Shown in pieces: positions 27,589 through 37,908 of a DNA stretch of 64,000 bases. The notes beneath the pieces were generated by a model, which was not told the DNA's origin, did no database searches, and was given only the letters and a program-made list of their open reading frames with translations. Each line of letters opens with the position of its first letter. Positions within the stretch are counted from its first letter, which is position 1. The translations under genes and the position numbers were made by a program. This DNA comes from a bacterium. GTDB lineage: Bacteria > SAR324 > XYD2-FULL-50-16 > G965216635. The stretch covers positions 219,205-283,204 of the forward strand of contig OZ244188.1 in NCBI GenBank assembly GCA_965216635.1. The letters are read 5' to 3'.

Positions 27589-28935
27589 ATGCTAACTTAC
27601 GCACAAATTGATAAGGATGTTTTAAAATCAATGGAGCCACCCGGCAAAAAATGGTTTTTGTGCATCGCAGTTTCTTTGACCGCTTTGGCTATGGGGATTT
27701 ATGCCCTTTATATCCAAGTTGCCGGAGGACTAGAGATTAGCGGAATTTCGCATCCTATTGGTTGGGGAGTTTATATTACTGACTTTGTTTTTTGGGTAGG
27801 TATTGCACACGCGGGAACCTTAATTTCTGCAGTGCTTTTTCTAACGCGAGCTCCTTACAGAACTTCTATCTATAGAACTGCAGAGGCGATGACAGTTTTT
27901 GCGGTAATGACGGCTGGGCTTTTTCCTATTATCCATGTAGGGCGGATTTGGAACGCCTACTGGTTAGTGCCTTATCCCAATCAAAGAGAGCTTTGGGTCA
28001 ATTTCAAATCTCCGCTCCTTTGGGATGTTTTTGCGGTTTCTACCTATATGTCGGTTTCCATTGCCTTTTTTATTGTAGGGTTGATTCCAGACTTTGCCAC
28101 AGTGCGAGATCGCACCAAAGGTTTGATGAAATTTTTTTACGGGTTTTTGGCATTAGGCTTTAGAGGCACCAATCACCAGTGGGTGCATTATTTGAGAGGC
28201 TACCTACTTTTTGCAGCACTGGCTACTCCTCTAGTTTTTTCCGTTCACTCCATAGTCTCTTGGGATTTTGCAATGTCTAGTATACCGGGCTGGCATACCA
28301 CAATTTTTGCTCCTTACTTTGTAGCAGGTGCGATTTTTTCGGGCTGTGCTATGGTCTTGACGATTGTGATTCCTATGAGAAAAATTTTTAGAGGCTTTGA
28401 AGAAATTATAAAAATAGAACACTTAGAGGCTTTGGGTAAACTGATTTTACTCACGGGAACGATTGTAACCTATTCTTACACCATAGAATTTTTTATTGCC
28501 TATTATAGCGGTAATCCTTACGAAAAAGCTATTTTTTGGTTTCGCCCTTTTGGAGAATTAAAGGGATTTTTCTGGTTGATGGTGCTTTGTAATTGTATTG
28601 GTCCCATTCCCCTTTGGAGAAAGAAAATTCGCACCAATCTCGCTGCTCTTTTTGTGATTTCTATTATTGTCAATGTAGGTATGTGGTTGGAAAGATTTAA
28701 CATAGTCGTCACTTCGCTGTCTCACGATTTTGTGCCTTTTGTTTGGAGCAACTACCAGTTTCAGTGGGGCGAAATTTGGATTACTATCGGTAGTTTTGGT
28801 TGGTTTTTCACTTGGTTTTTTCTATTTGTTAAAATTATGCCTTCTATGTCGGTTACAGAATTGAAGGAAGCATTGCCTCCAATGTTGCGAAAAGGTAAAA
28901 TGACACCTAGGCCAGTTTCTGGCTTCTATAAATAA
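27589..28935 (+). CDS. actC: Alternative complex III subunit C (NrfD/PsrC-like polytopic membrane subunit)
   Basis: 448 aa, about 10 TM helices, positioned between actB and actDEF. Confidence 0.8.
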   Translation: MLTYAQIDKDVLKSMEPPGKKWFLCIAVSLTALAMGIYALYIQVAGGLEISGISHPIGWGVYITDFVFWVGIAHAGTLISAVLFLTRAPYRTSIYRTAEAMTVFAVMTAGLFPIIHVGRIWNAYWLVPYPNQRELWVNFKSPLLWDVFAVSTYMSVSIAFFIVGLIPDFATVRDRTKGLMKFFYGFLALGFRGTNHQWVHYLRGYLLFAALATPLVFSVHSIVSWDFAMSSIPGWHTTIFAPYFVAGAIFSGCAMVLTIVIPMRKIFRGFEEIIKIEHLEALGKLILLTGTIVTYSYTIEFFIAYYSGNPYEKAIFWFRPFGELKGFFWLMVLCNCIGPIPLWRKKIRTNLAALFVISIIVNVGMWLERFNIVVTSLSHDFVPFVWSNYQFQWGEIWITIGSFGWFFTWFFLFVKIMPSMSVTELKEALPPMLRKGKMTPRPVSGFYK

Positions 28936-28937
28936 AT

Positions 28938-29080
28938 TAGAGACCTTTGAATTAGCGTTCTGTTTAGCCTATGCGTCGTTGAAAAAAATTTTTAACTCTT
29001 GAAATACTTGAGTATTCCTGCGAGCTAAATTTTTTTTTTGCCTTGCCTAGCCGTCACATAACGCAAATTCAAAGGTCTAT
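28938..29080. mobile_element. MITE-like repeat (about 143 bp) between actC and actD
   Basis: tagagacctttgaattagcgttctgtttagcctatgcgtcgttgaaaaa...ttgccttgcctagccgtcacataacgcaaattcaaaggtctat; clear inverted termini. Confidence 0.8.
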
Positions 29081-29097
29081 AAATTTTACTAAAAAAA

Positions 29098-29628
29098 ATG
29101 AATAAAAAATTTTGCGGAGTTTGGGCAACTTTTGAATATTTAGACGACTTTTGCAACAGCGTAAAAGATTTGCGTAGCAAAAATTTTAAAAAAATCACTA
29201 CCTATTCGCCTTGCCCTCGTCATGAGATTTTGGACGCTTTGGGTAATCCAGTGAGTAGAGTGCCTTTTTTCACTTTAGCGTTTGGAATTTTAGGAGTAAC
29301 CATAGCCTATACTTTAGCAAGCTGGATGTCGCTGGATTGGGTTTTACCAGTGTCTAATAAACCGATTGTGTCTCTTCCTCCGTTCACTATTATAGCTTTT
29401 GAATTAATGGTGCTTTTGGGAGCCTACGGCACTATGGTTGGAGTTGTTTTTTTGATAATCCGAGAAACTAGAAAATTTACTTTCCCGAAAAGTAATAAAT
29501 TCAAAAACTACGACAGATTTACCCACGATAGGTTTGGTTTGGTAGTGCGGTGCAAAAAAAAAGATATTAAAAAATTGATACAAATTGTCAAAATACATCA
29601 ACCAGAAGAAATCAACAATGAAAGTTAA
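29098..29628 (+). CDS. actD: Alternative complex III subunit D (small membrane subunit)
   Basis: 176 aa, two TM helices, operon position. Confidence 0.65.
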   Translation: MNKKFCGVWATFEYLDDFCNSVKDLRSKNFKKITTYSPCPRHEILDALGNPVSRVPFFTLAFGILGVTIAYTLASWMSLDWVLPVSNKPIVSLPPFTIIAFELMVLLGAYGTMVGVVFLIIRETRKFTFPKSNKFKNYDRFTHDRFGLVVRCKKKDIKKLIQIVKIHQPEEINNES

Positions 29629-30199
29629 AAAAAGATTTTTGGCTACAGTTCTTGCTATAGCTCTCTGCGGTTTGATTTTTACGGTTTCCGCTTATGGCAC
29701 TTCCACGATTTGGTCTTGGATGAAGGATATGTATAACCAACCGAGCATCAAACCTCAAGAAGAAGGTTCTTTTAAACATTTTCCTATTGGCTCTGTTACA
29801 ACAGAAGGCTTGCAAATTAGTAGTGATGGAGAAAAGCACTTAAAAGCAACAGATTTTACTTGGATAGCTGCCAGAAATAGTGTTGCACTAGCTCCCAAAA
29901 ATCCTCAAAAAGCAACGGCAGAATCTTTGAAGCAAGGAGAGTTTTTTTTTAATTCTTACTGTATTGCCTGCCACGGGGCAGATGGTAAATCAACCACTCC
30001 TGTAGCTCTTTTTAGAGGAGGAGTTATTCCTTTAGATTTGATTTTAACCGACCCTACTATTACCGACGGCTACCTTTTTTACAAAATTACTTATGGAGGT
30101 TTTGGAGATGTAGCTATGCCTCCTTTTGGCTATTCCATCACAGAAAAAGAAAGATGGCACATAGTAAATTATATAACCCATAGATGGCAGAACAAATGA
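29618..30199 (+). CDS. actE: Alternative complex III subunit E (monoheme cytochrome c)
   Basis: Single CIACHG heme motif. Signal peptide starts at MKVKKRFLATVLAIALC, so start placed at 29618 rather than track 29585 (either overlaps the actD stop). Confidence 0.7.
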   Translation: MKVKKRFLATVLAIALCGLIFTVSAYGTSTIWSWMKDMYNQPSIKPQEEGSFKHFPIGSVTTEGLQISSDGEKHLKATDFTWIAARNSVALAPKNPQKATAESLKQGEFFFNSYCIACHGADGKSTTPVALFRGGVIPLDLILTDPTITDGYLFYKITYGGFGDVAMPPFGYSITEKERWHIVNYITHRWQNK

Positions 30200-31521
30200 C
30201 AAGAGAACAAGAAATAAAAAATATTCTACAGAAAATTTCTTTTAAGCTAGATTCTAAAGCAAAACTTTCTTTATTTGTTTTGTTTGGGGTAGGGGTTGTA
30301 GGACTATTACTAGGAATTTTTACTGGCCATTTAGAGTTGGCTTGGCAAGCCTTACTTATCAACAGTATTTATTTTACTGGAATAGGCTACGCTGGACTGG
30401 CATTTTCTGTGATTTTTACTATCAGTGATGCATTTTGGGGCAGACCCATCAAACGCATTGGAGAAGCTTTCGCTAGTTTTATTCCTATAGGCACTATTAT
30501 CTTTTTTATTTTGTTTTTTGCAGGCAATTCAATCTTTGAATGGTATGATCACGACAAGGTCATCCACTCCAAAGAAGGCTGGCTCAATATTCCTTTTTTT
30601 GTTGGTAGAAATCTAGTACTTTTCTTGTTTTCTGCTTGGCTTGCTTCCCTTTATCTTAAAAACTCTATCCGCCCTGATATAGTCTTGGCTAGAAAAATGG
30701 GGGATTATTTTAAAAATAAGTTTGCTGATAAATTTGTCAAAAACTTCTGTGACTCTGAAAAAGAAATTGAAACTGCTTACCATAAAAACAAAAGAATAGC
30801 ACCTGTATTAGCTTTAACTTACGCCCTTTTGACTTCATTTATTGCCTTTGATTGGATGATGTCCATTGATCAAGAATGGTTTAGCACTATGTTTGGAGTG
30901 CAGTTCACTGTCTCTAGCTTGATGGGAGCAGGCGCTTTTTTGATTATAATTACTGGAATTCTTCGCAGAAAATTCCAACTTACAGATTATCTTTCTATCA
31001 ATCGTCACCACGATTTAGCAAAACTCACCTTTGCTTTTTGTCTACTCTGGACCTATATGATTTTTTCGCAAGTCCTTGTGATTTGGTATGCTAATTTGCC
31101 TGAGGAAACTCCATTTTTGGTTTTAAGAATGTTCTCATTAGAATGGGGTTGGCTCTTTTGGGTTATTTTCTTTATGCTTTTTATTACTCCTTTTTTTGGT
31201 TTAATGGCTCGTACTGCCTGCTGCTCTATTTGGTTTTCCAGACTGGTTGCTTTCATTATTTTGAGCGGACTTTGGCTAGAAAAATATTTTATCATAACCC
31301 CCTCGCTACAAGAAAATGCACTCGTGGCTGGACATGCTGTATCGCATGGAGCAGCCTCTATTGAAAAAGTAGCAGGTTTTGAATTTTTTCCTTTCCTTGT
31401 GGATTTGTTTGTAGGTATGGGATTTTTAGGAATTTTCTTAGGCTGTTTCTTCTTCTTTATCCAAAGAGTTCCTCTCGTTCCTATCTCTGACTACCGTTTC
31501 TTTAAAGACGGGCATCACTAA
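30184..31521 (+). CDS. actF: Alternative complex III subunit F (NrfD-like membrane subunit)
   Basis: 445 aa polytopic membrane protein, overlaps the actE stop. Confidence 0.7.
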   Translation: MAEQMTREQEIKNILQKISFKLDSKAKLSLFVLFGVGVVGLLLGIFTGHLELAWQALLINSIYFTGIGYAGLAFSVIFTISDAFWGRPIKRIGEAFASFIPIGTIIFFILFFAGNSIFEWYDHDKVIHSKEGWLNIPFFVGRNLVLFLFSAWLASLYLKNSIRPDIVLARKMGDYFKNKFADKFVKNFCDSEKEIETAYHKNKRIAPVLALTYALLTSFIAFDWMMSIDQEWFSTMFGVQFTVSSLMGAGAFLIIITGILRRKFQLTDYLSINRHHDLAKLTFAFCLLWTYMIFSQVLVIWYANLPEETPFLVLRMFSLEWGWLFWVIFFMLFITPFFGLMARTACCSIWFSRLVAFIILSGLWLEKYFIITPSLQENALVAGHAVSHGAASIEKVAGFEFFPFLVDLFVGMGFLGIFLGCFFFFIQRVPLVPISDYRFFKDGHH

Positions 31522-31562
31522 TTCAAGGGGTCTCACTTAATTCATAACTTAAAAAATATAAA

Positions 31563-32438
31563 ATGGAAATTACTAGTGGTCTTATTATTGGGGTAGCTCT
31601 TGTAGCTACTGTACTTTTCACACTTTATTTGGGGGTCAAAATAGTTCCTCAATCTGAAGTATTTGTTATCGAGCGATTTGGAAAATATACTAAAACTCTT
31701 TCCTCTGGGTTGTCTTTGATTGTCCCTTATTTGGATCGGGTGGCTCATAGAGTTTCTGTTCTTGAACGGCGTTTAGAAGAATTTGATGTTTCGGTCATCA
31801 CTAAAGATAATGTTGAAGTTGGATTGAGCACTTCTGTTTTCTATCGCGTTATTGATGCTTCGCGATCTGTGTATCGCATTCGCAATATTGATGGGGCTAT
31901 TTATACAGCAGCAGCTTCTATTGTGCGCTCGGCTGGTGGTAAGCTAGAATTAGACGAATTGCAATCTAGCCGCGAGGCTATGAATGCAGAAATTTCTAAA
32001 AACTTGGGCGAAGCTGCGGAAGTTTGGGGAATTGAAATTACTAGAACGGAAATCACTGATGTGCAAATAGACGAGCAAACCAAAAACGCACAAAGACAAC
32101 AACTTAATGCTGAAAGAGAACGGCGAGCCGAAATTGCCCGTGCTGAAGGTTCAAAAAAATCTGCCGAACTATCTGCTGAAGCTTCTCTTTACACAGCTCA
32201 GAAGTCCGCTGAAGCAGTTATAGTAAAAGCGGATGCAGAATCCCATCGCGTCCGTGTAGAAGGAGCGGCTGCGGCTTCTGTGATTGAAATACAAGGTAAG
32301 GCTCTTAAGAGTAATGAGAAAATTATTGAATTGGAAAAAGCTCGTAGCTGGGATGGAGTTTTGCCTACAACTAATGTTGGAGGCGATAGTGGGGCTAATT
32401 TCTTGTTTGAATTGAAATCTAGTAAAAGCAAAAAATAA
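31563..32438 (+). CDS. SPFH/band-7 (stomatin/prohibitin-like) membrane protein
   Basis: N-terminal TM helix, then an SPFH core (VPQSEVFVIERFGKY...) and an Ala/Glu-rich coiled-coil tail. Confidence 0.8.
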   Translation: MEITSGLIIGVALVATVLFTLYLGVKIVPQSEVFVIERFGKYTKTLSSGLSLIVPYLDRVAHRVSVLERRLEEFDVSVITKDNVEVGLSTSVFYRVIDASRSVYRIRNIDGAIYTAAASIVRSAGGKLELDELQSSREAMNAEISKNLGEAAEVWGIEITRTEITDVQIDEQTKNAQRQQLNAERERRAEIARAEGSKKSAELSAEASLYTAQKSAEAVIVKADAESHRVRVEGAAAASVIEIQGKALKSNEKIIELEKARSWDGVLPTTNVGGDSGANFLFELKSSKSKK

Positions 32439-32704
32439 TGCTTGTTTTATTGACAAATCCTACGACGTGGTTTGTTATCGGAGCCTTATTGCTGATTATA
32501 GAAATGTTTGAAGGCTCTTTGGCATTCTTTCTTCCTATAGGTATTGCTTCTTTGGTTATCTCGGGTTTGGTTGCTTTTTGGGAAATAAATATCTCTACGA
32601 TTCTAGTACTTTTTGCAGTTTTTTCACTTGTTTTTGCTACAACTCTTAGGTTTTATTCCAAATCCATCAAAAAGAAAAAAACGAAGGATATTAACAAATA
32701 CTAA
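32438..32704 (+). CDS. NfeD-like small membrane protein (SPFH partner)
   Basis: 88 aa, two TM helices, start overlaps the SPFH stop; classic SPFH-NfeD pairing. Confidence 0.55.
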   Translation: MLVLLTNPTTWFVIGALLLIIEMFEGSLAFFLPIGIASLVISGLVAFWEINISTILVLFAVFSLVFATTLRFYSKSIKKKKTKDINKY

Positions 32705-32926
32705 AAAAAAATTCTGAATCTAAAAAATCGCCAAACCTTGTTATTTATCTATCAAAAATTCTTTGTTTGCTTTATTTTTTATTCTTTATTATATTTATAA
32801 TTATTAACAATAAACTTAAAATGAGAATTCTTATGTACTTTGTTCTTACCTGTCTTTTTCTACTTCCATTTGCTTGTTCAACTGTTTTTGCTTAATACTA
32901 AAACTTCCATTCCTAAAAATAATTTG

Positions 32927-34810
32927 ATGAAAATTTTGAAAAAGAAAAAAATCAATTTTTCTAGAAGAGTTTATCTTGTTCTCGCCTGTTTCTTTCTTGG
33001 TTCTTACTGTTTCTCTGGTTCGGGGGTTATTTTCGCTCAAAACTTTGAGTTAGTAGATAAAGAAACTTATGAAGAATATTACAAAAAACCGCTCTATGTT
33101 CCAGATGTGCGTTTTTCTGGAGAATACCAATATAATGCTTTAAATTTTGAAGATTTTGCTGGTAATAGGCATATATCTTCTTGGCAGGGTTTTGAATTGC
33201 GTCTACGAAGTGAGGTCAAAGAAAATTTGAAGCTTAATCTTTTATTTACCAACGAGCCTTACGAATGGGGCGAAACGAAGGAGGTTTATCGCTCTCGTGG
33301 GAACGGCAATAGGCAAAATCAAGCAAGACAGAATATCGGAATTTCTTTGCGGGAGTTTTACTTGGAATACAATAGCAATCCTCACGCTATTTTTCGTGCG
33401 GGTCGCCAGCCTATCAGCTTGGGTGATAAATTAGGCTTGATTTATGAGGGGGAAGCAGATGCTTTTACTATTAGCTGTCGTATTGGCACTTGGTGTTTGG
33501 AAGCAGGGCAGGCTAATTTTGGTGGTGGGATAAAAGCCTACGAATCGTATGGAATTACTACTTGGCTAGAGTTTTTTTATCCCGTCTATGAATCGGAGGA
33601 GACAATAGAAAACTATTGGATTGACAACGAGGAGAAGAAAAGAAAACATTCCCGATTGGATGTAGATATCTATCGTATAGACGACAAGCAAGACAGAGTC
33701 GCTGTGACTTCTTATGGGGGTAGAACCCATAACCCTTATCAAAATTCTGTAGGGGATATAGTCTATAGTCCTGATCATTTGCAAGTTGGAGTAATAGATG
33801 ATTTTACTCTACAAACTAGAAGTTTTGATTTTAATGGAGATGAGACTATTGACGCTACTAATGATATTTTAGGAAGAGATGTGAAAGCTGGAATAGAAAA
33901 TTCTATTTTCAGTGAATATGCTACGAGTAGCCCTTTTGATATTAATGGAGATGGTACTTTTGATAATCCCAACAAAGACGAATTCCTATTTCTAATAAGA
34001 CTTCCTGTTTTGAGAATAGATGCTATAGATAGCTATAGATCCATCAGTGTAGTTAAAAGTAATAACAAAGATATTAGCGCTGACTTTGCCTTTGACTTAC
34101 CCTTAAATCTAGAACGTGTTTATTTTGATAGGGAGCAACAAACTTTTGGTATTAATATTAAATGGTATGCCGGCAATTTTGGTTTGCTTTTTCATACTGC
34201 TCAAAATTTTGGTAAAAAAGCCTACCACTATGGAGGAGGTGATAGCGATGCTGTGCCTGGTGCAGAAAGACAGACATTAGGAAGATTTTACCGTTTGGAA
34301 TGGCAACAGCTAGCTGGCAGTTCTACCCAATTTGGGGCAGTAGCTTTTATGGCATCAGGTGGGAAAGCTAATTCTAACGATGACTTTCCTTGGAGCAATA
34401 ACGATGGTTATTTTGAATGGAATAAAGGCACTTATGGAGATGCTCTGTTATATTTTGGAGGAAAAGAAAGCTATCTAGGACAGGCTCATTCGGTGAATAA
34501 TTTAGTTTATAGTAGTTTTTATTACAAATACCACGGTGCCGAACAAAATATCGGAGGCATTACGCGACTATTTAGCTTTAGTAGGAACGAACCTGTCTAT
34601 AACGCAGCAGGTAAAAAAGTATCCTACATAGGTTGGGAGTGGGATTTAGAATTTTATAAATATATCTCTGATTCTTTAAAAATAAGTCTAGAGGCTGCTT
34701 ATTTCAAACCTGGAAATGCTTACAGTCCAGATGATTCTACAAAACCCGGAGTAGATCCCATTCCTTCTAATATTACGCAGTATAATTTTAAGATAGAGTA
34801 TAAATTCTAA
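32927..34810 (+). CDS. Putative outer-membrane beta-barrel protein/porin
   Basis: Start moved to MKILKKKK (32927), giving signal peptide ...VIFAQ. About 628 aa rich in Y/G/N/D. Ends YNFKIEYKF (C-terminal aromatic OMP signature). Confidence 0.5.
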   Translation: MKILKKKKINFSRRVYLVLACFFLGSYCFSGSGVIFAQNFELVDKETYEEYYKKPLYVPDVRFSGEYQYNALNFEDFAGNRHISSWQGFELRLRSEVKENLKLNLLFTNEPYEWGETKEVYRSRGNGNRQNQARQNIGISLREFYLEYNSNPHAIFRAGRQPISLGDKLGLIYEGEADAFTISCRIGTWCLEAGQANFGGGIKAYESYGITTWLEFFYPVYESEETIENYWIDNEEKKRKHSRLDVDIYRIDDKQDRVAVTSYGGRTHNPYQNSVGDIVYSPDHLQVGVIDDFTLQTRSFDFNGDETIDATNDILGRDVKAGIENSIFSEYATSSPFDINGDGTFDNPNKDEFLFLIRLPVLRIDAIDSYRSISVVKSNNKDISADFAFDLPLNLERVYFDREQQTFGINIKWYAGNFGLLFHTAQNFGKKAYHYGGGDSDAVPGAERQTLGRFYRLEWQQLAGSSTQFGAVAFMASGGKANSNDDFPWSNNDGYFEWNKGTYGDALLYFGGKESYLGQAHSVNNLVYSSFYYKYHGAEQNIGGITRLFSFSRNEPVYNAAGKKVSYIGWEWDLEFYKYISDSLKISLEAAYFKPGNAYSPDDSTKPGVDPIPSNITQYNFKIEYKF

Positions 34811-34895
34811 ATTAGACATTAGCGTTTTGCTTAGCCTATGCTTCGTTAATTTTTTTTTATCCCTTGCCTAGCCATCACATAACACTAATGCAATA
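34806..34895. mobile_element. Degenerate MITE-like copy
   Basis: aaattagacattagcgttttgcttagcctatgcttcgtt...cccttgcctagccatcacataacactaatgcaata. Confidence 0.5.
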
Positions 34896-35036
34896 AGCCT
34901 CTTTTAAATTAGACATTATTCGGAATTTAGTTTTTTAAAATTTTTTTGCAGTGTCTAGTTTGTCCTAGCTAGTTTGTACTATCTGGCCAATTCAATAAAT
35001 CTCTTTTAAACGAAATATAAGCTAAACAGAATACTA

Positions 35037-36362
35037 ATGAAAACAACACAATCCCAAAGACTATTCCAAGCCGCTAGCCAAAGTATAGCAGGCGGAGTCA
35101 ATAGCCCTGTCCGAGCTTTTAAATCTGTTAATCTCCAACCTCTTTTTATTGAAAGAGCTACTGGCTCTAAAGTTTATGATGTAGATGGCAACGAATACAT
35201 AGATTTTGTAGGCTCCTGGGGACCTATGATATTGGGGCACAATCATCCCGCTGTGCAAAAAAAAGTATGCGAAGCTGCAAAAAACGGCTTATCTTTCGGT
35301 GCTCCTTGCAGAAGTGAAGTGATTTTAGCAGAGAAAATCAAAAGTTTTTTTCCATCTATTGATCTGTTAAGAATGGTCAATTCTGGAACAGAGGCGGCTA
35401 TGTCTGCTATCCGTTTAGCTCGTGGTTTCACTGGCAAAAATAAAATTATCAAGTTCATTGGTTGCTATCACGGTCACGCTGACTTTCTTTTAGTGCAGGC
35501 TGGTTCTGGTTCTAGCACTCTGAATACTCCAAATTCTGCGGGAGTGCCTCCTAATCTAGTGCAGGATACTTTGCTTGCAGATTTTAATTCTTTAGAGCAA
35601 GTAGAACAGTTAGTAGAAGAAAACTCGGACGAAATTGCAGCGATAATTATAGAGCCTATTGCGGGGAATATGGGCTTAATCACTCCTCAAAATAATTTTT
35701 TGAAAGATTTAAGAAAATTTTGTGATTTGCACTCTATCTTGCTGATTTTTGACGAAGTTATGACGGGATTTCGGGTAGCCAAAGGAGGAGCGCAAGAGCT
35801 TTTTTCTATTCAAGCAGATTTGACTATTTTAGGAAAAATTATTGGTGGAGGTATGCCCGTCGGTGCTTATGGAGGAAGAAAAGATATTATGGATTGTCTT
35901 GCTCCTTTAGGAAAAGTCTATCAAGCTGGCACTCTTTCGGGAAATCCTATTGCAATGGCATCGGGTATAGCTACTTTAGAAGAATTGGAAAAAGAAGGTG
36001 TTTATGAAGAATTAGGACAAAAAACGAACTGGTTTATACAGTGTTTGCGTTCTGTTTTTGAAAAACACAATCTCCATTTTAGTATGAACTATGCGGGAGC
36101 TATGTTTGGTTTTTTTATAATGCAAAAAGATTTGCCACCAGAAAAATTCTCGGGAGATGTAAAAAACTACTCCGATGCTCAAAAAACCGATCAAGATCTT
36201 TTTAGCAAACTTTTTAAACAACTTTTGATAAGAGGCGTCTACATTGCCCCTTCTGTTTTTGAGGCTGGTTTTATTTCGCTTGCTCACAGCGAAGAAGATT
36301 TACAAAAAACGGTGGATGTTTTTGATGAAGCACTGGGTAAAGTATTGAGCGAGCTGTTGTAA
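35037..36362 (+). CDS. hemL: Glutamate-1-semialdehyde 2,1-aminomutase
   Basis: 441 aa; GSWGPMILGH and FDEVMTGFRV with PLP-lysine region GKIIGGGMPVGAYGG; HemL-typical N-terminus. Confidence 0.85.
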   Translation: MKTTQSQRLFQAASQSIAGGVNSPVRAFKSVNLQPLFIERATGSKVYDVDGNEYIDFVGSWGPMILGHNHPAVQKKVCEAAKNGLSFGAPCRSEVILAEKIKSFFPSIDLLRMVNSGTEAAMSAIRLARGFTGKNKIIKFIGCYHGHADFLLVQAGSGSSTLNTPNSAGVPPNLVQDTLLADFNSLEQVEQLVEENSDEIAAIIIEPIAGNMGLITPQNNFLKDLRKFCDLHSILLIFDEVMTGFRVAKGGAQELFSIQADLTILGKIIGGGMPVGAYGGRKDIMDCLAPLGKVYQAGTLSGNPIAMASGIATLEELEKEGVYEELGQKTNWFIQCLRSVFEKHNLHFSMNYAGAMFGFFIMQKDLPPEKFSGDVKNYSDAQKTDQDLFSKLFKQLLIRGVYIAPSVFEAGFISLAHSEEDLQKTVDVFDEALGKVLSELL

Positions 36363-36377
36363 GCAATTCTATCCATA

Positions 36378-37286
36378 GTGCAAAGTCCTTTTTTTTCTGT
36401 TGTAATTCCTACCTATAACCGCAAAGAATTTTTAAAAAAAGCTATAGATTCTGTTTTGCAACAAAGCGAAAAAGATTGGGAGCTTTTGATTGTGGACGAT
36501 GGCTCTACCGATGGAAGTTCGCTAAAAGAAGAAATAGCCAAAAAAGATTATTCTCAAGAAAATATTCATTGGTTCACAAGAAAACATTTTGGAGTAAGTA
36601 GTGCTAGAAATCATGGAGTCAAACAAGCAAAAGGCGAGTGGATAGCGTTCTTGGATTCTGATGATTTGTGGCATCCTGAAAAACTTAAAAAACAAAAAGA
36701 GTTTGCCCGCCAATTCCCCAAGTATAGTATTTTTCAATGTGAAGAATTTTGGATGAAAAACAATTCACAGGTTAATTTACCACAAAAACATTATAAAAAA
36801 GCAGGTGATATTTTTAAAAAATCGTTGGAACTTTGCTTTATCACTCCGTCTGCTGTTTGTATAAAAAAAAAACTTTTTGAAATGTTTGGAGGCTTTGATG
36901 AAAATATGCCTTGCTGCGAGGATTACGATCTTTGGCTAAGAATCACAGCACAACAACCTGTCGGATTACTTGCAGAAAATTTAGTTACTCGCTACGAAGG
37001 ACACCCAGAGCAACTTTCCCACACTTTTTTTGCTATGGATAGATTTCGTATTTATAGCCTTTGCAAATTGTTTCTTTTTGAATCACTAACCAAAACTCAA
37101 AGAAATTTAGCAAAAGCTGTTTTTTTTAAAAAATCTGCTATCTATCTCCAAGGAGCAAAAAAAAGAAATAAAGATAGTCAAAAACTAAAAAATTTACTTC
37201 AAATTGTCACAGATGTTTTTATCTCCAGTGAAGAAGAAAAAGAATTTTTTCTTGAATCTATTCGCGAGCTCCTATGGAAAAGTTAA
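36378..37286 (+). CDS. Family-2 glycosyltransferase
   Basis: [10 protein letters not shown]...[11 protein letters not shown]...FLDSDD (DxD) motifs. Confidence 0.75.
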   Translation: MQSPFFSVVIPTYNRKEFLKKAIDSVLQQSEKDWELLIVDDGSTDGSSLKEEIAKKDYSQENIHWFTRKHFGVSSARNHGVKQAKGEWIAFLDSDDLWHPEKLKKQKEFARQFPKYSIFQCEEFWMKNNSQVNLPQKHYKKAGDIFKKSLELCFITPSAVCIKKKLFEMFGGFDENMPCCEDYDLWLRITAQQPVGLLAENLVTRYEGHPEQLSHTFFAMDRFRIYSLCKLFLFESLTKTQRNLAKAVFFKKSAIYLQGAKKRNKDSQKLKNLLQIVTDVFISSEEEKEFFLESIRELLWKS

Positions 37287-37292
37287 AGCTCT

Positions 37293-37643
37293 TTAGGCAT
37301 TTGTTCTTTCACAGCGAATCAAAATAAAATCTGCTTTTGCTAAAGCCTTAGGTTTTAGACATTCTACTTCCAGCCATTTTAAACGAGTATCTTGAATCAA
37401 GAAATCAGCTACTTCATTCGCTAAAGTTTCTAGGAGAGAAAATTTTTTCTCTGATAAAAAGTTTTGTAACTTTTCACAAAGTTGGGAATAATCTACTGTC
37501 TGTTCTAAAGCATCTTTTTCTAGCTCTGGTTCTTTTTTCAGTCTGTATTTTAGATTAAAAACAACCCTTCTTTTTTTTTTCTGCTCCCAAGCAAAACAGC
37601 CAAGATAAACTTTTAGGGATAAGTTTTGAATTTCTACTTGCAT
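37293..37643 (-). CDS. folB: Dihydroneopterin aldolase
   Basis: 116 aa; MQVEIQNLSLKVYLGCFAWEQKKKRRVVFNL matches the FolB N-terminal GVYDWE...Q pattern and size. Confidence 0.7.
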   Translation of the reverse strand: MQVEIQNLSLKVYLGCFAWEQKKKRRVVFNLKYRLKKEPELEKDALEQTVDYSQLCEKLQNFLSEKKFSLLETLANEVADFLIQDTRLKWLEVECLKPKALAKADFILIRCERTNA

Positions 37644-37663
37644 ATTTTGAACTTTTTGAAAAG

Positions 37664-37737
37664 TAGCGATGGGGTGAATTGAACACCCGACCTTACGATT
37701 ATGAGTCGTACGCTCTAACCATCTGAGCTACATCGCC
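37664..37737 (-). tRNA. tRNA-Met (anticodon CAT; could be Ile2-lysidine type)
   Basis: Reverse complement reads GGCGATG-TA-GCTC-AGATGGTT-AGAGC-G-TACGA-CTCATAA-TCGTA-AGGTC-GGGTG-TTCAATT-CACCC-CATCGCT-A: full cloverleaf, T-loop TTCAATT, anticodon CAT. Confidence 0.85.
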
Positions 37738-37908
37738 TTTGCAATTGTTTTAGTCTAATCTGAATAATTTTCCAAGAAAAATTTTAAACAGAAATAGGAG
37801 CTTTAATACTTGGATGAAACTGATAATTTTCTAAAGCAAAATAATCAAGATAAACTTTTAGGGATAAGTTTTGAATTTCTACTTGCATATTTTAAACTTT
37901 TTGAAAAG

